From an uncultured Candidatus Saccharibacteria bacterium (lineage in GTDB: Bacteria; Patescibacteriota; Saccharimonadia; Saccharimonadales; Saccharimonadaceae), in the NCBI GenBank assembly GCA_963518445.1, contig CAUQIU010000001.1, forward strand, positions 774 through 64,773: a stretch of 64,000 bases of DNA. The letters run 5' to 3'. Positions 55,592 through 63,765 of the stretch are shown here, one piece after another. Below the pieces are notes generated by a model, which did not search any database, had not been told where the DNA came from, and saw nothing but the letters and a program-made list of their open reading frames with translations. Made by a program: the position numbers and the translations under genes. Every line of letters starts with the position of its first letter. The stretch's first letter is position 1.

Positions 55592-58500
55592 CTAACGGTC
55601 CTGCTCTAATGTTTTTCCGTCTAATTTTCGGCGGTGCAGCCCGGTGATAGATTCGTAAACGAAGGTTAATTTAGTTGGATCAAGGGCTTTGTTATCCATT
55701 CGTCCGAACCTACTTGACAACCCCAGCTGCGGGAATTCATTGCTCATATCTACTCTGCTAGATCCAGCGTGTGTAGCCTTCAAAACCAGGCCAATAACTT
55801 TGATTTTATCATTCAATGACAGTCTAGTATACTCAGCTAACGCATTCCGGGCGCTATCGCCAGCATTTCCGAACTGCTGGTATTGATTAGTGAGCTTATC
55901 GGCATAAATTCCCCAAAACTTCTCTACTCCGCTAATAACTTTATTTCTTTTTTCTATTTGTCTATTGCGCTCGCGTTGTAGTTTATTGTCGTCGGCAACC
56001 TGTTCTTCTGAAATTGTCACACGTGGAATCCCTTGTTTCAATGCTATTGCTATAGCGTATTCAATGCCATAGGGTAATTTTAGTTGTTTGGCATTAGCAA
56101 CCTCTTTGCTGCCAACGATGAATTGCTCATTGCCGTCATATTCAATTTTTTGATTGATTGGTATTTTGGACAGAAGAACTGTAGCTTGCTTATAGTTGTT
56201 GTGGAGATATTCATTGATTGAGCCTGGCTTGGTCTTTTCTAGCGTGTAAACTTGGGCTGGTATGCTTATGATTTCATTGACTAGAGCATCTTTCTTTGAA
56301 TATCTTATTACCATGAAATGCGCTGCGTTCTCGCCTGAGTAGCCACCATATTTATTGACCGGTAGATTTACTTTCCTAGGAATCGCAGGTTTAGGATTAG
56401 TGGAGTTCGTGCTGTAAATAGTCTGCTTATAAAATTGATTATCGCCAATTTCGGTTTTTCGCGTAATTAGGCAATCGTTGTAGTGCATCGTCCGATCGAT
56501 GACATCTTGCGCGGTTTTGCCCTGCCAGATAATTTCACCAGTCTCTGTGTTGGTAAAATCGTACTTCATTGAGGATAGAATAAAACTACTGCGATCTGCG
56601 TTGGTTTGTTTTTTAGGTTTGAACTTCATATATTCGCCGTAAATAAATGCTTTATCTAATCTAGGATAACGAACCTTTATATACTGAGCTAGAGCTGCAG
56701 CCAAATAAGCATCTTTAGCGTGATGTAGGTCATTGACTTCGCGGCATTTCGGCAAGTCATGAATGCGGCGATATTCAGAGCTCATGCCAGCGCGAATAGT
56801 AAACACTTCTGTCAATGAATCATGGTATTTTTCGGTCAGCATTCTGGCGAGATGTTTGGTGATCTGTCGTGTCTCGACGAGCTGACGGTTCACAAATCCA
56901 GCGATACGGTCTTCAGACAGCTGTCTTTGACTTGTTAGGCGTTGGAACTTAAGCTGCGACATAAGTTTGGCGCTCTTCAGAGACATCCAGATCGGTCTCA
57001 TGTGATCTTGGATGTCGGGTGCAATAGGATAATCATCAAGCTTTTGCTGATTCTCTTTGCGTAGTACTAGGACGGTGTTATCTAGCGAGTCATCTTTGGT
57101 TAGTGATCGTGGTAAGATGTGGTCGATTTCACTGTCTCTGAGATCATTCTCGATGTCAAGCGGTTCGCCTGTGTAAGCGCACTTGCCGTTCTGCAGGAAG
57201 TATAGGTAATATTTTTTCTTATCTAGCCTATCTTTGTACTCGGCTAATTGCGATTTTATATCAGACTTGTTGTATTCTTTGCCGTAAAGATCTTTATACA
57301 TTTTCTCCAATTGGCTGTAGCGGCTTTTGGTTCTGATCTTTTCGTCCTCGTTGCGCGCCATCTCGATGCTAATCAATTTTGGCTCGTAGCCAATCGTATC
57401 GACAATCTCGTCAATAATCCTAACGCTTCGCCACAAAGCGCGTTTGATGCCGGGAGAGCCAGCAAGTTTCTTGATATCCTCGTAGGTTATCTCGGTGTGC
57501 TGGTTGGTCGATAGGATATTATCAATAATTTTCTTAAATTCGTATCGATCACTTTGAATAATTTGCATGAAGTTATCTTTTGAGTGGCGCATTGTCTCTA
57601 TGACGGTCAGCTCGCCGTAAGGTGTATGTGCGATAATACCGTCAAGAAGCTCACGAGACAGCCGTCCCCAGCCGTTATAATTTAGCTTCAAGATAGTACG
57701 AAGTTGGTCCTCGCTAAAAATATCGCTATACTTTTGTAGCTTCTTGGCTAGAATCTTTTTATCTTCAAACAAAGTAATCCATTTGATGATCTCTTCGATT
57801 GCCCGTTGGTTTTTTGGTGTAATTGAGATGCCAACTTTTTGCGTGAAGTCGATATATGATTTTCGCGACGAAGTAAATGATTTATCTTTGGCGGTTCCAG
57901 AAATAACAAGAGAGTCAGTGTTGTATATTTGATTGTCGTAGAGATATTTAATAAACTTTTTGTAAGTAACTGAATACTCTTTGGTGAATAACTCGTCAAC
58001 TATGCGGTTCTGGATGTCGGAACTCAGTCTTTCGCCGTTGACGGTCACGTTCTTCAATTCGTTGCGAACTTCGTATTCTTGATAAAGCAGCGAATTTTTA
58101 GGGAGGACTTCTTCGTCTGGTAAATACGTACAATGGTTGCGCATTCGGTCGATGAACTGCTCGGCAGAAGCTTCATCGTCTATCATCTCGTCGAAGTTCC
58201 AAGGATAAATCACGCCATCTTTCTTTTTGACTGACCAGGCAAAATCACCGCCAGTTTTGAGTGGCCCGATGTAATACGGCAGTTTGAATGTGAATATACT
58301 AATGATTTTATCGCGATTTTGGGCTAAGAACGGGTAATATTGCGCTTGGTTGTCGATGATTCTTTCAAGTTCGTATTGGTGGATTTGATGCGGAATGGCG
58401 CCGTTGTCACGGATGCGTTGCCTGGCTAAGAACTCGCCTAGCTCGGCACGCTTTTCGAAGCGTTGGTATCGCGGATCTTCCTTAGCTGTATTGCCCAGGT

Positions 58501-59593
58501 ATTTTTTGATTGACTTATATAAATCTTCTAGACTGTATTTGTGTTTATTGTATCGTTCAAATTCAGCAGCGTCGCCGTGAAAAAATGATTTATAGCTTTC
58601 TTTAGGTAGGAACTCATGGAATAGCGATTTGAGATCAGATAAATCTTGGCGGTAATCATCGTATTTCTCAACCATAATGTCAGATAGACAGCTATCTTTC
58701 CTGATGAATTGACTGAAAATTGTCCATTGGTAGACTGATTCTAAAGTCTCTACGATCCCATAGCGATCGTCGCCGATTGCGGTTGCAATTTCATCGCGTT
58801 GCTCCTCGTAATTTTTATTCGAGAACTCCCCTTTTGCTTCGAGAGAGTCATCCTCGAATAGTTTATTGGCGTTCCATTTTAGACCGATAGCTGCACCGAC
58901 AGCTTCGCTGACGGCTCTCTTCTTGTCAGAAGATGGCTGTAGTAGATTGATGATGTCTGATTTTCTGGCGCTACGTGATAGGGAGCGGTCAAGCAAAATT
59001 GCCTTAATCTTTTGGGCCGTAGAGCCGTCCGCGCCGATAAATTCCATGAAGATTTGCAGGTTTTGGCTGTCGAACGATGAAATTACATTGCCTACCCCTC
59101 CCTCGATCAAGAAATTGCCGCGATATTTAATAATATGATGAAGTGCTAGATAGACTAAGCGAATATCCTGCTTTTCGGAGTCGTGAAACAGGCTGCTTCG
59201 CAAATGATAAATTGTTGGATATTTCTCTCTATATGATTTGTCGGTGAAAGAGTGGTCGGCAAATAGGATGTTAGCATCTAGTTCTAGTGCGGAGTTTTTG
59301 TCGCCAAGGTGAAGCATTGATTCGGATAAGCGGAGGTAGAAATGCGGATCGACTTTTTGTATCTCATCGTCAAATATTTGCTGGAGGAGCGTAATACGCC
59401 GTTTTCGCCTAGCAAGCCGTCGGCGCGATGAGCGGAACGAGCGTCTGGTGGCGGCGTCATCTGCCTTATCAAACAGGTTCGCGCCCCACATATTTTGATG
59501 TTTATATTTACACAGACTAAAGTCTTCGTTGATAACTGCCCAGCCAACGCTGTTCGTACCAATATCTAATCCAATAGAATACGGTTGTTTCAT
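55592..59593 (-). CDS. cas9: Cas9 (type II-A, 1333 aa)
   Basis: RuvC-I YSIGLDIGTNSVGWAV, arginine-rich bridge helix RRSFRSSRRRLARRKRR, HNH EIDHILPRS…DNTVLV, RuvC-III HHAKDAYL. Confidence 0.97.
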   Translation of the reverse strand: MKQPYSIGLDIGTNSVGWAVINEDFSLCKYKHQNMWGANLFDKADDAATRRSFRSSRRRLARRKRRITLLQQIFDDEIQKVDPHFYLRLSESMLHLGDKNSALELDANILFADHSFTDKSYREKYPTIYHLRSSLFHDSEKQDIRLVYLALHHIIKYRGNFLIEGGVGNVISSFDSQNLQIFMEFIGADGSTAQKIKAILLDRSLSRSARKSDIINLLQPSSDKKRAVSEAVGAAIGLKWNANKLFEDDSLEAKGEFSNKNYEEQRDEIATAIGDDRYGIVETLESVYQWTIFSQFIRKDSCLSDIMVEKYDDYRQDLSDLKSLFHEFLPKESYKSFFHGDAAEFERYNKHKYSLEDLYKSIKKYLGNTAKEDPRYQRFEKRAELGEFLARQRIRDNGAIPHQIHQYELERIIDNQAQYYPFLAQNRDKIISIFTFKLPYYIGPLKTGGDFAWSVKKKDGVIYPWNFDEMIDDEASAEQFIDRMRNHCTYLPDEEVLPKNSLLYQEYEVRNELKNVTVNGERLSSDIQNRIVDELFTKEYSVTYKKFIKYLYDNQIYNTDSLVISGTAKDKSFTSSRKSYIDFTQKVGISITPKNQRAIEEIIKWITLFEDKKILAKKLQKYSDIFSEDQLRTILKLNYNGWGRLSRELLDGIIAHTPYGELTVIETMRHSKDNFMQIIQSDRYEFKKIIDNILSTNQHTEITYEDIKKLAGSPGIKRALWRSVRIIDEIVDTIGYEPKLISIEMARNEDEKIRTKSRYSQLEKMYKDLYGKEYNKSDIKSQLAEYKDRLDKKKYYLYFLQNGKCAYTGEPLDIENDLRDSEIDHILPRSLTKDDSLDNTVLVLRKENQQKLDDYPIAPDIQDHMRPIWMSLKSAKLMSQLKFQRLTSQRQLSEDRIAGFVNRQLVETRQITKHLARMLTEKYHDSLTEVFTIRAGMSSEYRRIHDLPKCREVNDLHHAKDAYLAAALAQYIKVRYPRLDKAFIYGEYMKFKPKKQTNADRSSFILSSMKYDFTNTETGEIIWQGKTAQDVIDRTMHYNDCLITRKTEIGDNQFYKQTIYSTNSTNPKPAIPRKVNLPVNKYGGYSGENAAHFMVIRYSKKDALVNEIISIPAQVYTLEKTKPGSINEYLHNNYKQATVLLSKIPINQKIEYDGNEQFIVGSKEVANAKQLKLPYGIEYAIAIALKQGIPRVTISEEQVADDNKLQRERNRQIEKRNKVISGVEKFWGIYADKLTNQYQQFGNAGDSARNALAEYTRLSLNDKIKVIGLVLKATHAGSSRVDMSNEFPQLGLSSRFGRMDNKALDPTKLTFVYESITGLHRRKLDGKTLEQDR

Positions 59594-59618
59594 CGTAAAT
59601 CCCCTTTTAATTATTTTT

Positions 59619-59647
59619 AGTATATCGCTTATTTTTAGGGTTTACAA
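59619..59647 (-). promoter_or_regulatory. Putative cas9 promoter
   Basis: On the - strand: TTGTAA (59647-59642), 17-nt spacer, TATACT (59624-59619). An AAAGGGGA Shine-Dalgarno lies before the cas9 ATG at 59593. Confidence 0.4.
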
Positions 59648-59669
59648 TGTTGTTTTAATTGGCTATAAT
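59641..59669 (+). promoter_or_regulatory. Putative tracrRNA promoter
   Basis: TTTACA (59641-59646), 17-nt spacer, TATAAT (59664-59669). The predicted TSS is about 59676. Confidence 0.5.
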
Positions 59670-59675
59670 TCTTAT

Positions 59676-59770
59676 TGTACCGTTTCGGTACCTCAATATA
59701 ACACTACAGGTTAAAATAAAGCATTAGCTAAAATGTTTCTACAACGATCCGGGCGGTAGGCCCGTTTTTT
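59676..59770 (+). ncRNA. tracrRNA: tracrRNA (about 95 nt), divergent from cas9
   Basis: The anti-repeat at 59682-59717 pairs with the crRNA repeat as 6 + 15 + 11 bp with two internal loops. It is followed by the nexus-like GGTTAAAATAAAGC and a CGGGC-GGTAG-GCCCG-T6 terminator (59750-59770). Confidence 0.85.
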
Positions 59771-59785
59771 GTTGGGCTCATATAA

Positions 59786-62428
59786 TTACTGTGTACTCTT
59801 CTTCCGTCTTCGCCGCCGCTTTTTTGGTGCGGTAGCTGAGTCGGATGTAGTGTTAGTGTTTGTGTTATTGCCGCGGATTTGGAGAACGACTTCATTATTG
59901 TTTGGAGCTGGTTGTGGTTGGGCTGGACGAGTGTTAGCAGTAGTAATAGGCTGCTGAGCTGGCTGTCTGGTGATTGGCTGAGCGGCAGGTCGAGGTGGCT
60001 GCTTCTGTGGCTGGGGTTGCGGCATGATGGCGGCATTGATTTCTTTTTCGACATCCTCCCTGCTCCGTGAGTACATGCGTCGTGAATGCTCGATGATGTG
60101 CAGGGTATTATCGGCCTGGCTTGGCGGAAGTTCGAGGGTGCGTGCGGAGAAGGCTGGCGTCTTCTCTCCCCCGATGACCATGTTGATGACGAAGTTACGA
60201 TTGTGCATCTGTAAGAGGTCGACGGCTTCGAAATTCGGCTCAAATTGTTTGGCGAGAATTGGTGCGTCGTCGGCAGACACGCGGAACGAAATCATGGTGC
60301 CGACATTGCCGAAGACTGCGTCGCGGACGGTGTCGTTCATCTGTGAAATGTACTGATTGGCGACGGTTAGATTAAGACCGTATTTGCGGGCTTCGGACAG
60401 GATGGTGGCAAATGAGTCGGTGGCAAAGTTCTGGAACTCGTCAACGTAGAGATAGAATGGGCGGCGGTCGCGGATGTCTGGGATGTCCGAGCGGCTCATA
60501 GCAGCCAGCTGAATCTTGGTGACCAGAAACGAGCCGAGGATGGCGGCGTTGTCCTCGCCGATGAGGCCCTTGGATAGATTAACGATGAGGATTTTGCCCT
60601 CGTCCATGATTTGGCGGATGTTGAAGGTGGATTTGGGCTGGCCAATGATGTTACGGATGATGGGGTTGGCGGTAAAGGCGCCGACCTTGTTGAGGACTGG
60701 TGCGACCGCCTCGGCGACGAATTTGTCGTTCCAGCTGGCGAATTCGACGTTCCAGAACTGCAAGACCACGGTGTCGCGGCAATAGCCCAGCGTTTCTTTG
60801 CGGAAATTTTTATCAGTTAGCATGCGGGTGATGTCGAGCATGGTCGTCTCTGGCCGGTCGAGCAGTGCCAGGATAGTGTAACGCAAAATGTACTCCAGCC
60901 GCGGTCCCCAACTCTCGCCGAACATACGCTTCAGAACGCCGATGACCTCTGATGAAATGTTAGTTTTTTGGTTCGGGTTGGTGACTTCCAGCGGGTTGAA
61001 GCCGAGTGGATAGGCGGTGTCGGCCGGGTTGAAATAGACGACATCGTTCAGCCGTGAGCCGGGGATGAATTTCATGTTGTTGATGGCGAAGTCGCCGTGC
61101 GGGTCGATGATGGCGTAGCCTTGGTTGTGAAAGATATCACTGAGCGCGAATAATTCAAGCAACCCAGACTTACCTGCTCCGGTCTGACCGATGATGTAAA
61201 CGTGGCGCGAGCGGTCGTAGCGCAGCATGCCGAATTGGTGGTTGATGCCGCGGAAATTGGTCACACCAAAGGCGGAAATTTGGTCGTCATTAGTGTCGCT
61301 GCCGGTCAGAACAGGCAGCTTGGATGGCGGTTCGGCGGTTTTAGCGCTGGCCCAGACGATGTTTGGTGTCTCAACATTGGTGTGTGGCAAGTGGAAGACA
61401 GAGGCCAGTTCTTCGATATTGAGGATGAAGCCATCGCCAAAAAATGCACGACGACGATATTTTTCTAAAAATTCTTTGCCGTAGGCGGCTTTGATGGGCT
61501 TAAAGCCGTTTAGGTTTGTAGAATTAAACTGTTTGAAGGTTCCCACCAGGGCTTGCATGCGCAGCTTGGCGTTGGTTTGGTTCTCTCCCAGATATGCTAA
61601 GCGGATTTTTACTTCATAGCCCAGTTTGGTGGCTTTCTTTTCAGCTTCAGCGATGCGAGTTTTATTGCGCTCAGATATTTCTGGACCTTTGCCGCCAGCC
61701 AATCCCTCCTCTGGTGGTCGCCACAAAGCCGCGAACAAGCCGCCGAGCCAGCGCATGCTACCGCCAACGCTTGGTAAGATGCTGGCAGAGCCTTCGCGTA
61801 AGCGGGAGATCCAATGGTCGGCTTCCACTTGCCATGAGTCTTCAATTGGTTTGGCTAGCACCTGAATCCATAGTTCCTCACCGGTTGATTCTAGTTTTGC
61901 CAACGTCCCTGTGATGCCAGCCAGCGGGTCAACTTCAAAGGTTTGGAAGGTTTTGATTGGTAAAAATTCAGACGCCGTCAAAGTCATCTCAGTAGTGTAT
62001 GTTACTGAATGATCACGTTCGTGCTCAGTATAATCTTCACTAGCCTGGTGAATTTGGACGGTTGGATATTGGGCGTAGATTTGCCCCTCGACGAAGCTCT
62101 GCAGAGACCGCGGCGTCCAGACATAGAACCGAATTTGTCCATTGACCGAAGCCACTTCAAAACTCAAATGTTCCTGCGCTCCCCTGCTCAGTTTGAGTTC
62201 GCGTTTATCACGCAGGATGCCGTGCAGGCTGGCGAATAATTGCTCGGCGGCAAGCTCTTTCTTGTCATTGGTTTTTGGGATTTCCAAAATAAGCAACACA
62301 TTGTCGCTCGAGATGAATTCATTGAGCTGTTGATAATTGCGCCACGTCAAAAAAGATAACAAAATAACCAGCGGTAACCAAACGTACCACTGCATCAATA
62401 ACGTTATAGTCCAGGAAAATATTTCCAT
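59786..62428 (-). CDS. Membrane-anchored FtsK/HerA-superfamily P-loop ATPase, VirD4/TraD (coupling-protein)-like
   Basis: N-terminal TM helices, Walker A IIGQTGAGKSG, Walker B RPFYLYVDEFQNF, ARKYGLNLTVANQY. C-terminal P/Q-rich tail ends in KKRRRRRKK. Confidence 0.55.
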   Translation of the reverse strand: MEIFSWTITLLMQWYVWLPLVILLSFLTWRNYQQLNEFISSDNVLLILEIPKTNDKKELAAEQLFASLHGILRDKRELKLSRGAQEHLSFEVASVNGQIRFYVWTPRSLQSFVEGQIYAQYPTVQIHQASEDYTEHERDHSVTYTTEMTLTASEFLPIKTFQTFEVDPLAGITGTLAKLESTGEELWIQVLAKPIEDSWQVEADHWISRLREGSASILPSVGGSMRWLGGLFAALWRPPEEGLAGGKGPEISERNKTRIAEAEKKATKLGYEVKIRLAYLGENQTNAKLRMQALVGTFKQFNSTNLNGFKPIKAAYGKEFLEKYRRRAFFGDGFILNIEELASVFHLPHTNVETPNIVWASAKTAEPPSKLPVLTGSDTNDDQISAFGVTNFRGINHQFGMLRYDRSRHVYIIGQTGAGKSGLLELFALSDIFHNQGYAIIDPHGDFAINNMKFIPGSRLNDVVYFNPADTAYPLGFNPLEVTNPNQKTNISSEVIGVLKRMFGESWGPRLEYILRYTILALLDRPETTMLDITRMLTDKNFRKETLGYCRDTVVLQFWNVEFASWNDKFVAEAVAPVLNKVGAFTANPIIRNIIGQPKSTFNIRQIMDEGKILIVNLSKGLIGEDNAAILGSFLVTKIQLAAMSRSDIPDIRDRRPFYLYVDEFQNFATDSFATILSEARKYGLNLTVANQYISQMNDTVRDAVFGNVGTMISFRVSADDAPILAKQFEPNFEAVDLLQMHNRNFVINMVIGGEKTPAFSARTLELPPSQADNTLHIIEHSRRMYSRSREDVEKEINAAIMPQPQPQKQPPRPAAQPITRQPAQQPITTANTRPAQPQPAPNNNEVVLQIRGNNTNTNTTSDSATAPKKRRRRRKKSTQ

Positions 62429-62465
62429 GCTATTAAATTATCCCATATTTGATGTAACAATACAA

Positions 62466-63521
62466 TCAGGCTTGTTGCTGTTCAAACACGTAGGTAGCCT
62501 TGGCGACACGCTTGAACTGTGACTTTGACTGCAAGTTTAGTAAAATAGTCGTTTCTTTGACTTGACGTTTGTCCAAAACTCGTTTGATGATTTCGTCGCG
62601 GTGGAGCGGCTCGTCAGCTTCTTTGAGGATGTCGGTGATGATGTCGGCAACAGTGCCGCGGCTGTAGCCCCATGAGTCCAGCGCATAGATACCGCGACCG
62701 ATCAGCACAAAGCGGCTATCTTTGATGAGTTCGTTGTGAATCGCCTGCGTGGTAACGTTTTTACGTTTGAAATCGCTGTCTTTGATAGCCTTGGCGATCT
62801 CTGAAAAGTGCATTGGTTTGCCGTTGTCATCCAGGATGACAAAAATTTTGTCGCGAATATTTTTCGGATTGACGGTTGGCCACTTGATGAGTCCCCAGTT
62901 CCCTTTCAGCTCAGCCAGCTTCTTGCTGATGGAGGCCAGCGCTGCGATATTCTGTGGATGCTCATAGTCCATGGACTCGTGAATTGCTTCAGCGGTAATC
63001 GGCTGGCCGTGTTTTTTGATGAATTTAACGATCTCTTCAACTTGCTTTTTTACTGACTTTTCGTCGCCAACAGATGAGATGACCGCGGACTGATAGAAAT
63101 CGTCATTTTCATTGATAACGGTCAAGCCTGGTGCTAATTCTGCCAAGAAAGCGACTGCTGAACGTTCCAAAAGTGTTGCATCACGACCTAAAATGTGGGA
63201 TGTCAAGTTCTGCATGCGAGCGCCACGACCCATCTCTGACAAGTGCGACACAACAAGCTTCTCAGCGGAATTGACAGATGGCAATTTGTTATCTGCTACC
63301 GACGCACGCAGTTTAGTGAGGATGGCTTTTTCCAATTGACGAACACGTTCACGAGTGATGCCCAGCATTTCACCGATTTGCTCCAATGTCTCTTTCCTGT
63401 CTTCCAGTCCAAAGCGCCGTGAAATGATTTCACGCTCACGCTCCTGAGAAATGCTACCAAGAATATCCGCAACCGCTGTATTCAAACTCTCTGCCGCGTC
63501 AGCTATTTCTGGTTTGCTCAT
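62466..63521 (-). CDS. Sigma-70 region-4 HTH plus HARE-HTH domain DNA-binding protein
   Basis: EIISRRFGLEDRKETLEQIGEMLGITRERVRQLEKAILTKLR (region 4.2). Later …MHFSEIAKAIKD…IHNELIKDSRFVLIGRGIYALDSWGY (HARE-HTH pattern). Start set to MSKPEIAD. Confidence 0.6.
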   Translation of the reverse strand: MSKPEIADAAESLNTAVADILGSISQEREREIISRRFGLEDRKETLEQIGEMLGITRERVRQLEKAILTKLRASVADNKLPSVNSAEKLVVSHLSEMGRGARMQNLTSHILGRDATLLERSAVAFLAELAPGLTVINENDDFYQSAVISSVGDEKSVKKQVEEIVKFIKKHGQPITAEAIHESMDYEHPQNIAALASISKKLAELKGNWGLIKWPTVNPKNIRDKIFVILDDNGKPMHFSEIAKAIKDSDFKRKNVTTQAIHNELIKDSRFVLIGRGIYALDSWGYSRGTVADIITDILKEADEPLHRDEIIKRVLDKRQVKETTILLNLQSKSQFKRVAKATYVFEQQQA

Positions 63522-63765
63522 GGTATATTCCAAGTATCCTCTCTGCCACACCCTGCATATATTTTTATCATTTCTATGTGCTTGATTATACAACAATATG
63601 TAACTCAAGTCAAATATTTGTGCTGCTTTTACAAATTATAGCACGTTCTTTACGATTTTTGCAATGGGTTGTTTGATGTATATACAGTAAGCGGTTTATA
63701 TGGTATAGCACTAGTGATTGTGGCTATGCTTTGTAAAATATGAGCTATATTATATAGTTATCATT

